64,000 bases of DNA from an uncultured Acidobacteriota bacterium (GTDB lineage Bacteria; Acidobacteriota; Thermoanaerobaculia; UBA5066; Gp7-AA6): NCBI GenBank assembly GCA_963764715.1, contig CAVXTP010000001.1, forward strand, positions 37,532-101,531. The letters are read 5' to 3'. Below the pieces are notes generated by a model that did not search any database, was not told the origin of the DNA, and worked only from the letters and a program-made list of their open reading frames with translations. A program made the translations under genes and the position numbers. Of the stretch, positions 38,303-46,959 are shown one piece after another; position 1 is the stretch's first letter, and each line of letters starts with the position of its first letter.

Positions 38303-39466
38303 ATGAAGCACGTCCTGCGTCTCGCGCTGGCGCTCGCCTTCCCCGCCGTTCTTCTTGCGGCCGGCCAGCCCGCGAAACTTGCCGCCCCGGACGGGACCAA
38401 GCTCGCGGCGACGTTCTACCCCGCCAGCCGTCCGGGGCCCGGCATCCTGCTCCTCCACCAGTGCAATCGCGACCGGACGAGCTGGAACGGCCTCGCCGCC
38501 GAGCTCGCCGCGAAGGGGTTCCACGTCCTGTCGCTCGACTACCGGGGCTACGGAGAAAGCGGCGGCACGCCGTTCAACGACATCCCGTTCCAGGAGCGGG
38601 TCCGGATCACGACCGAGAAGTGGCCCGGGGACATCGACGTCGCCTTCGCCTACCTTCGGGCGCAGCCCGGAGTGCGGCAGGACGCGATCGGCGCCGGCGG
38701 CGCGAGCTGCGGCGTCAACAACTCGATCCAGCTCTCGCTGCGCCATCCGGAGGTCAAGTCCCTGGTCCTTCTCTCGGGGGACACCGACCGCAATGGTCGG
38801 CAGCATTTGAAGCGCGCATCCGGGCTGCCGATCCTCTTCGCGGCCGCGGACGACGACGGCGACGTCGTGTCGGTCATGACCTGGATCGACGCGACCTCGG
38901 GCAACAAGGCGAACCGGTTCCTGGAATACGCGAAGGGCGGGCACGGCACGGAGATGTTCAAGGCGCACCCGGAGCTGCCGGGCCAGATCGTGGCGTGGTT
39001 CGAGCTCACGCTCATGGGCAAGGGCCCCGGCGTCTCCGCCCCTCCCCGCCCGACGAAAGTCGACCCGCGGACGCAGCTCCGCATGATGATGGACGAGCCG
39101 GGCGGGGCGTCCCGCGTGGCCGAGAGCCTCGCCGCCGAGCGCAAGAAGGATCCGAAGTCGCCGGTGCTCGCGGCTGCCTTCGTGAACCAGCTCGGCTATG
39201 CGGCCATCCAGAGCGGGCAGCCCAAGGCGGCGATCACGATCATGCAGCTGAACGTCGACGCGCGTCCGAGCTCGTCCAACGCGTGGGACAGCCTCGGCGA
39301 CGCCTATCTCGCCGACGGCCAGCGGGAGAAGGCTCGCGAGGCGTCCGAGAAGGCCCTCGCGCTCGTCGGCTCCGACACGGCCGAGACCAAGGAGCAGCGC
39401 GAGAACATCCGCCAGAGCGCGCAGGGCCGGCTCGACCAGCTCAAGAACCCTTCCCCGCCGAAGTAG
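38303..39466 (+). CDS. Secreted alpha/beta hydrolase with C-terminal TPR
   Basis: Signal peptide; DYRGYGES; GASCG; GGHG; NAWDSLGDAY. Confidence 0.85.
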   Translation: MKHVLRLALALAFPAVLLAAGQPAKLAAPDGTKLAATFYPASRPGPGILLLHQCNRDRTSWNGLAAELAAKGFHVLSLDYRGYGESGGTPFNDIPFQERVRITTEKWPGDIDVAFAYLRAQPGVRQDAIGAGGASCGVNNSIQLSLRHPEVKSLVLLSGDTDRNGRQHLKRASGLPILFAAADDDGDVVSVMTWIDATSGNKANRFLEYAKGGHGTEMFKAHPELPGQIVAWFELTLMGKGPGVSAPPRPTKVDPRTQLRMMMDEPGGASRVAESLAAERKKDPKSPVLAAAFVNQLGYAAIQSGQPKAAITIMQLNVDARPSSSNAWDSLGDAYLADGQREKAREASEKALALVGSDTAETKEQRENIRQSAQGRLDQLKNPSPPK

Positions 39467-40040
39467 GACGACGACCGCGGTCCTTCGGGCGCCGCCCTGG
39501 CGCGGCGGAAGCCTCGTGCTCGAGCAGCCAGCGCTTGCGAGAGATCCCTCCCCCGTAGCCGGTGAGAGAGCCGTCCTTGCCGACGAGACGGTGACAGGGC
39601 ACGACCACTCCCACGGGATTGGCGCCGTTGGCGTGCCCGACGGCGCGGACCGAGGACGGCCGGCCGATCCGACGCGCCAGCTCCGAATACGACAGCGTCC
39701 TCCCGCACGGGATCGCGCGCAGCGCCTTCCAGACCCTCCTCTGGAACGGAGTGCCGGCGGCGGCGACCGGCAGCCCGTCGATGCGCCCGAGCTCCCCGTC
39801 GAAGTAGGCGGAGATCGCGGCCGTCAGACCCCCGGGGTTGCGGCGCCGCTCGAGGGTGTATCCGCCGGCGCCATACGCGATGTCGAGCGAGCGCGCGAGA
39901 CGTTCCTCGTGATCGGCCCACCCGGTGGCGCACAACCGGCCTTCTGCGTCGGCGACGAGGATCAGCCCCCCTATCGGCGTCCGCGCACGGTCCGTGAAGA
40001 GGCGGAGACGGGCTCCCGGGTTGCGGATACGCCGATCCAT
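39441..40040 (-). CDS. ogt: Methylated-DNA-protein-cysteine methyltransferase
   Basis: GTPFQRRVW, RAVGHANGANP, VPCHR, LTGYGGG. Confidence 0.92.
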   Translation of the reverse strand: MDRRIRNPGARLRLFTDRARTPIGGLILVADAEGRLCATGWADHEERLARSLDIAYGAGGYTLERRRNPGGLTAAISAYFDGELGRIDGLPVAAAGTPFQRRVWKALRAIPCGRTLSYSELARRIGRPSSVRAVGHANGANPVGVVVPCHRLVGKDGSLTGYGGGISRKRWLLEHEASAAPGRRPKDRGRRPTSAGKGS

Positions 40041-40090
40041 CGACCGACATTCTCAACCCGTTCGGCCTCGGCCGGTTTCTGAATTAGCGT

Positions 40091-41236
40091 ATGGGGACCA
40101 ACAAGGAGCCTTCCGTGAGTACTCTCGAACGCTCGACCCGGGCCGGCCTCCGCCTGGCGGCCCTCCTCGGCGTGCTCAACCTGTCGGCGACCGCCCTCGC
40201 ACAACCGGCCCCGCGCCCGCGACCGATCGAACGGGGCGAGCTCGTCGAAACGAGCTTCACCGCCACGGCGCTCGCCGGCAACCTCCTCGGTGATCCGGTC
40301 GAGCAGCCCGTCTCGATCTATCTGCCGGCGGCATACGCCTCTTCACCGAACCGGCGCTTCCCGACCGTTTACCTGCTGCATGGCTACACCGGAAAGATCG
40401 AGGAATGGACGACCGACGGGTACCAGGGCATGAACCTGCGGGACGACATGGACGAGCTCATCCGCACCGGTGTCGTTCCGCCGACGATCGTCGTCGTGCC
40501 CAACGGGAACAACGCGTTTCACGGCAGCTTCTACCTGAACTCGACGACGACGGGCCGCTGGGACGACGCGATCTCGCAGGAGCTCGTAGCGTTCGTCGAC
40601 GGACGCTACCGGACGATCCGCGGCTCCCGGAGCCGGGGCATCGCCGGCCACTCGATGGGGGGCTTCGGCGCGATCACGCTCGGCATGAATCACCCCGACG
40701 TCTTCGGATCGGTCTACGCGATGAGCCCGTGCTGCCTCGCCTTCGAGGGCGACATCGGCAGCGAAAATCCGGTGTGGAGAACGGTCCTGACGCTGAAGAG
40801 CCGCGACGAGCTGCCCGCGGACCCGCAGACGCCGGCCGAGTTCTGGACGGACGTCTTCGTGGCCGCCTCCGCCGCCTTCTCGCCCGACCCGGCGCGGCCT
40901 CCCTTCTACGCCGACTTCCCGTTCGAAGAGAAGGACGGCCGCCTCGCGCCGGCCGAGCCGGCCTACTCGCAGTGGCGGTCGAAGATGCCGCTCTATCTGG
41001 TCGAGCCCAACCGGGCGAAGCTCCTGAGCCTGCGCGGGCTGTCGATCGACGTCGGCGACCACGACGACTTCACGCACATCCGCATCGGCAGCCGCCTGTT
41101 TTCCGACGCTCTCGCCGAGCGCGACATTCCGCACATTTACGAGATCTACGCCGACGGCGATCACGGCAACCGGATCCGGGAGCGGCTGAAGCGCGCGATG
41201 CGCTTCTTCGCGGACACGCTGCAGCCGGCCCCCTGA
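40091..41236 (+). CDS. Secreted esterase (alpha/beta hydrolase)
   Basis: YLP...PTVYLLHG; GHSMGG; DVGDHD; GDH; start may be GTG ~40115. Confidence 0.88.
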   Translation: MGTNKEPSVSTLERSTRAGLRLAALLGVLNLSATALAQPAPRPRPIERGELVETSFTATALAGNLLGDPVEQPVSIYLPAAYASSPNRRFPTVYLLHGYTGKIEEWTTDGYQGMNLRDDMDELIRTGVVPPTIVVVPNGNNAFHGSFYLNSTTTGRWDDAISQELVAFVDGRYRTIRGSRSRGIAGHSMGGFGAITLGMNHPDVFGSVYAMSPCCLAFEGDIGSENPVWRTVLTLKSRDELPADPQTPAEFWTDVFVAASAAFSPDPARPPFYADFPFEEKDGRLAPAEPAYSQWRSKMPLYLVEPNRAKLLSLRGLSIDVGDHDDFTHIRIGSRLFSDALAERDIPHIYEIYADGDHGNRIRERLKRAMRFFADTLQPAP

Positions 41237-41239
41237 GGA

Positions 41240-41610
41240 GCGGAATCAGCGAACAGCCGAACCACTCGTTCATGGTCGGCCAGGCCCAGTGCACCTGGAC
41301 CAAGGTCGAAGTGGCCGGAGTGCCTTACAAGGACGGCGTCTCCACCGACCTGGACGAGATCACCGGCGACAAGACGTCCTTCACTGGCTATCACGTGGCC
41401 GCCTCGGCCGGCGGCGACATGGCGGCTTGCAAGTACCAGGGCACCGGAAAGCTCAAGGACGGAAAGCCCGTAGGCGGCGAGGGCACCTGGACCTTCACGA
41501 GCGGCACCGGGAAATACAAGGGCATCAAGGGCAAGGGCACTTTCAAGGGAACGGCCAATCCCGACGGGAGCATGACCTACCAGGTCGAAGGCGAGTACCA
41601 GCTCCCGTAG
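41240..41610 (+). pseudogene. 5'-truncated hypothetical beta-rich protein
   Basis: Coding-like frame (...GTWTFTSGTGKYKGIKGKGTF...EGEYQLP*) begins right after the esterase stop with no RBS or signal peptide. Confidence 0.55.
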
Positions 41611-41637
41611 CGACCGAAGGCTTAGCGCTCGAAAAGA

Positions 41638-41666
41638 AATCGGCCGGGGGTTCCCCCCGGCCGATT
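41638..41666. terminator. Bidirectional intrinsic terminator
   Basis: AATCGGCCGGGGG-TTC-CCCCCGGCCGATT flanked by A- and T-rich tracts between convergent genes. Confidence 0.8.
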
Positions 41667-41708
41667 GTCTTGCTGACTAGGCGGGCGGTACGTCACACCC
41701 TCTTTCGT

Positions 41709-41905
41709 TCACGGCCGCGTCACGTGGATCTTGAACCTCATGTAGAAGTCGCCCTGGTTGGACGAGTCGGCGTGCAGGAGGCTTTCCCCGGTGGTCCTCC
41801 CGCCAGTCCGATCTGTGACGGAAGCCCCATGAGGATCACGGCGAAGGCCCCCTTCAAAGGACCGATAGCCAGGTTTCTCCCAAAATGAGACCGGAGATTC
41901 TTCAT
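41709..41905 (-). pseudogene. Internally deleted paralog of the secreted protein at 41931..42716
   Basis: Signal-like N-terminus MKNLRSHFG... joined out of frame to NQGDFYMRFKIHVTRP*. Confidence 0.6.
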
Positions 41906-41930
41906 CACTTCTCCTTGAGAGCGCTTCCTG

Positions 41931-42716
41931 TCATGGCACCGAGGGCAGCGGAGCGAGCGTCTTGATCTCGACCTTGAAAGGCATCGAGTACTGCCCCTCA
42001 TTGATCGTCGAGCCTCTCTTGCCGTTGACGGAAAGGCGGGCGCGGTTGATGGCAGGATCGGCCGTCACGAGATCGCCTTCCACGAGCCACGTGTCCGGCG
42101 CGGTCCTGGTCACCTTGACCCACGCCTCTTCCTCCGGCTGATTTCGAAGAGGATCCGTTCCGTCCGGAACGGGTGCGCAGACGCCCGGGCAGCTGGCGTT
42201 GTCAGGGTAAAGCGCGAGGTGGTACGTCTGCCCATCCGGGCCAGGGAACGTGGACGAGGTCTTCGTGTAATAGGTCGTCGTCCCCGCGGGTAGCCCGTAG
42301 CCGAGGACATTATGAATGTTGAAGAATGCCTGTGACGGAAAAGCGGGGCCGCCCGCAAATGGTGCCGGACTGCCCAGCGAGCCGGGAAGCGCAGCCGGGA
42401 ACTGCATCCACAGAGTGCGGGTCGAGCCTCCCAGGCCCAGGGTTGCATCGCGCGTTCCGTCACACGACATGTTGAAGTGAATGACGGCGCCGACTCCATT
42501 CTCACCGTTCTTGTAGGGGCTCCCGATATCGTTCCAGATTGCCGCCGGAACGCTGGGGGTCATGAAATTCACGCTGATCGGAACGTCGCTACAGCGGGCG
42601 GGCTTTGCCCCGAACGCCGTCGCCAGGTTGCCCAGAAGGAGTAGCAGGACGAGAACTGCGATTCTGAATCCCGGGGTTTTCGGTGAATGAGTGACCAGCG
42701 AATTGCGGTTCGACAT
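41931..42716 (-). CDS. Secreted hypothetical protein
   Basis: Signal peptide, Cys residues, C-terminal NEGQYSMPFKVEI. Confidence 0.8.
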   Translation of the reverse strand: MSNRNSLVTHSPKTPGFRIAVLVLLLLLGNLATAFGAKPARCSDVPISVNFMTPSVPAAIWNDIGSPYKNGENGVGAVIHFNMSCDGTRDATLGLGGSTRTLWMQFPAALPGSLGSPAPFAGGPAFPSQAFFNIHNVLGYGLPAGTTTYYTKTSSTFPGPDGQTYHLALYPDNASCPGVCAPVPDGTDPLRNQPEEEAWVKVTRTAPDTWLVEGDLVTADPAINRARLSVNGKRGSTINEGQYSMPFKVEIKTLAPLPSVP

Positions 42717-42818
42717 GATTTCCCCTCAAGAAATCGGCCGGAAAGCGCCGGCCGTCGCGTTTCAGAGATCCTCCTCCTCAAGCCTCGCCGTTCGAGCGGT
42801 GCCACCTCCAGGAACGGT

Positions 42819-43031
42819 TCACGGGCGGGTCACGTGGACGTGGAACCGCATGTAGAAATCACCGTCATTGGTGACGTGTCCGGCGAATGCCGAGCGGGAG
42901 CGTGTGCGGGGAGATCGAGAGACGCTCGGCGACCTCGGCGTAAGAAAGGCCTCGGCGAGGACGATCGCGACGTGGATCTCCGCCGGCGTCAACCCGAGCC
43001 GGGTACGGAGTCGAGCCGAGAGGTTCGGCAT
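42819..43031 (-). pseudogene. Truncated LuxR-type HTH fused to the C-terminus of another paralog
   Basis: GGAGGT RBS; LTPAEIHVAIVLAE-(shift)-LSYAEVAERLSISPHT, then NDGDFYMRFHVHVTRP*. Confidence 0.6.
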
Positions 43032-43065
43032 ACCTCCCTCAGAGTCCGCGACCGCTACGATGTGA

Positions 43066-43848
43066 TTGGCGCTCAAGGAGTCTTCCCTGGTGGTAGTAAC
43101 GATCCCGCCGGCTTTTCTGGACACGAAGCCGCCGATTCGACACAGCGCCTTGCCATGCCGGCAAGCCGGATCCCCCCTGCCGCCTTTCGGTCCCTGGGCT
43201 AGAATCCTCCCCAGAACTGGCTGGAGCGCTACGCAAGAACCTCCTGACCCGGACAGCCGGCACGGCCCGCCCTCGGCGCCAGCCGACGACGCCGAATCGA
43301 CGTTCCATCTCATCCAGCGATTTCGAGCCGGAGACAAGCAGGCGCTCGAACGGCTCTTCGAGCGGCACCTTCCCCGACTGAAGCGCTGGGCCCGCGGACG
43401 CCTCCCGAGCTGGGCCCGCGACCTCGCCGACACGCAGGATCTTGTCCAGGAAACCCTTCTCCAGACGTTTAACAGAATTGATGTGTTCGAACCCGAGCGC
43501 GAGGGGGCCCTTCAGGCCTACCTCCGCCAGGCGGTGATGAACCGGATTCGCGACGAAATTCGCCGCGTCGGAAGAAGGCCCATGCACGGAGAGCTGGAGG
43601 GAACCGAGATCGACCAGGCGCGTTCACCGCTCGAGCTGGCGGTCGGGATGGAGGAAATCGAGCGTTACGAGAACGCTCTCGGGCGACTGCGCCCAGAAGA
43701 ACGCGAGGCGATCATCCTCCGCGTCGAGCTCGGATACTCCTACGAGGAGCTCGCCCATCTGCTCCGCAAGCCGACCTCGGGCGCGGCGCACAAGGCGACC
43801 AAGCGCGCGCTGGTTCGCCTGGCCGAGGAGATGACCCGTGGAACCTGA
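43066..43848 (+). CDS. ECF-type sigma-70 factor (start uncertain, probably downstream of 43200)
   Basis: GDKQALERLF; DLVQETLL; YLRQAVMNRIRD; LRPEEREAIILRVELGYSYEELA. Confidence 0.88.
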   Translation: MALKESSLVVVTIPPAFLDTKPPIRHSALPCRQAGSPLPPFGPWARILPRTGWSATQEPPDPDSRHGPPSAPADDAESTFHLIQRFRAGDKQALERLFERHLPRLKRWARGRLPSWARDLADTQDLVQETLLQTFNRIDVFEPEREGALQAYLRQAVMNRIRDEIRRVGRRPMHGELEGTEIDQARSPLELAVGMEEIERYENALGRLRPEEREAIILRVELGYSYEELAHLLRKPTSGAAHKATKRALVRLAEEMTRGT

Positions 43849-46837
43849 GGACGAACCGCTCGATGGGCTGGCGGACGCCGTTCTCGAAGGACAGCCCGTC
43901 GACTGGGCCTCTGAGGAATCGACTCCGGACGCGCCCGGTCGCGAAGTCGTTCGGCAGCTCAAGGTGCTGGCGGGCATCGCCGAGCTCCATCGCACTCTCG
44001 CCGACGAGACCCCGGTGTCGGAACGGTCCGACGTTCCGGAGGAACACCTCGAGCGTTGGGGCCGGCTCAGGATCCTGGAACGCATCGGGCACGGGTCCTT
44101 CGGCGACGTCTATCGCGCGTGGGACTCGAAGCTCGACCGCGAGGTGGCGGTCAAGCTCCTGCACGCCGGGAGAGAGCAACCCGAGGGCGCCACGGTTCTG
44201 CGGGAAGCCCGTCTGCTCGCGCGCGTTCGCCATCCGAACGTCGCCATCGTCTACGACGCCGACGAGATCGAAGGACGGGTCGGCCTCTGGATGGAGTTCA
44301 TCCACGGGCACAACCTGGAGCAGGCTCTGGGCGACCGAGGGAAACTCCCTGACCGCGAGGTGACGTGGATCGGCATCGAGCTTTGCCGGGCGCTCACGGC
44401 GGTGCATGCTGCCGGCCTGGTCCACCGCGACATAAAGGCACAGAACCTGATGCAGGCCGGCGACGGCCGCCTGGTCCTGATGGACTTCGGGACGGGCCGG
44501 GAGCTCGAAGAGACGCCGGGCTCGACGGTCGATGCGGCCGGAACGCCGCTTTATCTGGCTCCGGAAATCTTCGATGGAGCCAAGGCAACCGTGCGGTCCG
44601 ACATCTACAGCACGGGAGTCCTGCTCTTCCATCTGCTCACCGGCGCGTACCCGGTTCGCGGAGCGACCATCAAGGAAGTCGGTGAGTCGCACGCGGGCGG
44701 CCGGCGGCTCGATCTCGCCGCGGAAGCTCCGGGAGTGAACAAGGCGCTGGCGGCCGTCATCGGCCAGGCCATCGAGACCGATCCGTCGAAGCGGTTCGAA
44801 TCTGCGCGGGACATGCTCACGGCACTCGAAAGTGTCCAGCGCGGGACGGAGAAACCCCGCCGGGCCGCGCTGATTGCCGCCGGCTTCGCGCTGGCGGTCG
44901 TCCTGGTGGGCGCGGCCGCCTGGCTCTCGCGGGGCGATTTCCGACCGGCGGAAGCGCCGCTCTCGTTCAAGGCCCGGGACTGGGTCCTGGTCTCGAGCTT
45001 CGAAAACCGCAGCGGAGAGAAGCTCTTCGACGGAACGCTCGACTACGCCCTCGGCCTGGAGCTCGCCAACTCGCGCTACGTCAACGTGGTGCCGAGCGAA
45101 CGGGTCAGGGACGCTCTTCGGCTGATGAGAACGCCCCAGAACACTCCACTCGACGCCACGCTCGCGCGAGAAGTCTGCCTCCGGGACGGCGGGATACGGG
45201 CCTTGCTGACGGGGCGCGTCGAGAGGCTTGGTCCCAGCTTTCTCGTGACCGCTGAACTCGTTGATCCGAGGAAGGGCACGATCCTGGCCCGATTCCGGGA
45301 GGAAAGCGCCGGGACCGAGGGCTCCCTTGCCGCCGTCCGTCTCATCTCAGACCGCGTGAGAGCCAAGCTCGGCGAAACGCCCGCGTTCGGCGAACCGGAT
45401 GGAGCGGAGCTCGCCAGGGTCACGACCAACAGTCTCAGGGCGCTCCAACTCTATTCTCGAGCGGATCTCCTGATGAAGGAGAGTCTTGACAACACGGGTC
45501 TTGAGGACAAGCAGGCGGCCGCGGAAGTCCTGCTCCGGCAGGCCGTGGCCGAAGACCCGTCGTTCGCATCGGCCTGGATTCATCTGGCGTGGACGCTGCG
45601 CAACCAGGGCAGAACTCGCGCCGAGTTCGAGCCCCTTGCCGAAACGGCGCTGCAGCTCTCGGAAACGACGACCGAGCGCGAGCGCTACTTCATCAGGGGA
45701 AGCTACGACTTTCTCCTCGAGCGAGGAGACAAGGGCAGGGCGGCGTACGAGACGCTCATCGCTCTGTACCCCGACCACTACTGGGCGCCGTTCCCCCTGC
45801 TCGGGACCTACGACTTTTGGCACAGCGCGGATAACCTCGAGAAAGCCATTCAGGCGGAAGCCCGAATCGCCGATTTGCGGCCAACCGACTTCTTCTTCAA
45901 TTGGAATGCTCTGTCCAGCGCGGTCGTCGTCAAGCCCGACACGGTTCGAGCCGAAAGATTCCTGCGCCGAGCCACGGCGGCGATCACACCGGACGTCAGC
46001 GAACGCTGGCCTGACTTGGTCGCCTGGATGGATCTCCTGCCATTTACCCAGAACTGGCTGAAGGGAGAGATCGAAAACGCGAACGCCGAGATCGACCGCG
46101 TCGCCGGAAGGATCGACGCTCTCGGCGGGCGATCGAGGGACGGCCTCGCCATGCAAACCGCTCTCGGATACGTGACGCTTGGCCGACTCCACGCGGCCAC
46201 GCAGACGGCCAGGACAATCGCCGACCCCGGCCTTCAGAACGCCGTGCTCGCGCAGATCGCCTTCTTCAAGGAAGACGAGGCCGCGCTCCGGCACCGCCTG
46301 GAGTCCCAGCGAGACCCGGAGCCCGACAGTCCGGAGGCGTGGCAGAACACGATGGACCCGATTCACGTCCTGCAAGCCCGCAAAGGCCTGAGGCTCGAAC
46401 CAGAGACTCCGAGTCTGCCGGCTTCCTCCGGGGATTGGAGCGACTCCGTGCTCCGCGGAGAGATCGCGCTCGCCCACAGACATCGCGCGGAGGCGGTTCG
46501 AGAGCTCGAGGCCGCCTGGGAGCATGTTCAGATCGTGCTCGTTCCACCCTCCTACTATCTCGCCAGGGAATCATTGGCGGCGATCCTCGGGAGGCGGGGA
46601 GACATAGCCCGTGCCATTCAGATACTCGAGCGCCGCCCGGAGGACATCTGTCTCGCGTGGCCAGGCACGACGTACGCCTATGAGCTCAGGAATCGGTTGC
46701 AGCTCGCCCAGCTCTATCGAAGGGCCGGCCGTGTGGCGGACGCGCAGGCGGTGGAGGCGGAGCTCAAAGCGCTCCTCGCCTTCGCCGACCCCGACCATCC
46801 GATCCTGATAGCGCTCCGGCGTCTCGAGACGTCCTGA
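43838..46837 (+). CDS. Ser/Thr protein kinase with TM and TPR-like extracytoplasmic region
   Basis: GHGSFGDVY, VAVK, HRDIKAQN, DFG, GTPLYLAPE; overlaps the sigma gene end. Confidence 0.92.
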   Translation: MEPEDEPLDGLADAVLEGQPVDWASEESTPDAPGREVVRQLKVLAGIAELHRTLADETPVSERSDVPEEHLERWGRLRILERIGHGSFGDVYRAWDSKLDREVAVKLLHAGREQPEGATVLREARLLARVRHPNVAIVYDADEIEGRVGLWMEFIHGHNLEQALGDRGKLPDREVTWIGIELCRALTAVHAAGLVHRDIKAQNLMQAGDGRLVLMDFGTGRELEETPGSTVDAAGTPLYLAPEIFDGAKATVRSDIYSTGVLLFHLLTGAYPVRGATIKEVGESHAGGRRLDLAAEAPGVNKALAAVIGQAIETDPSKRFESARDMLTALESVQRGTEKPRRAALIAAGFALAVVLVGAAAWLSRGDFRPAEAPLSFKARDWVLVSSFENRSGEKLFDGTLDYALGLELANSRYVNVVPSERVRDALRLMRTPQNTPLDATLAREVCLRDGGIRALLTGRVERLGPSFLVTAELVDPRKGTILARFREESAGTEGSLAAVRLISDRVRAKLGETPAFGEPDGAELARVTTNSLRALQLYSRADLLMKESLDNTGLEDKQAAAEVLLRQAVAEDPSFASAWIHLAWTLRNQGRTRAEFEPLAETALQLSETTTERERYFIRGSYDFLLERGDKGRAAYETLIALYPDHYWAPFPLLGTYDFWHSADNLEKAIQAEARIADLRPTDFFFNWNALSSAVVVKPDTVRAERFLRRATAAITPDVSERWPDLVAWMDLLPFTQNWLKGEIENANAEIDRVAGRIDALGGRSRDGLAMQTALGYVTLGRLHAATQTARTIADPGLQNAVLAQIAFFKEDEAALRHRLESQRDPEPDSPEAWQNTMDPIHVLQARKGLRLEPETPSLPASSGDWSDSVLRGEIALAHRHRAEAVRELEAAWEHVQIVLVPPSYYLARESLAAILGRRGDIARAIQILERRPEDICLAWPGTTYAYELRNRLQLAQLYRRAGRVADAQAVEAELKALLAFADPDHPILIALRRLETS

Positions 46838-46959
46838 CAGACACTCCATCTCCTCCTGGCGCCGGTATTGCTCGGAAGACGCGGAACCCTGCAGACCGAC
46901 AAGCAGGAATTGGTCTGCTCGCGAGTGACGCTCGAAGGGTTCATCAGAGTCCTAACGCT

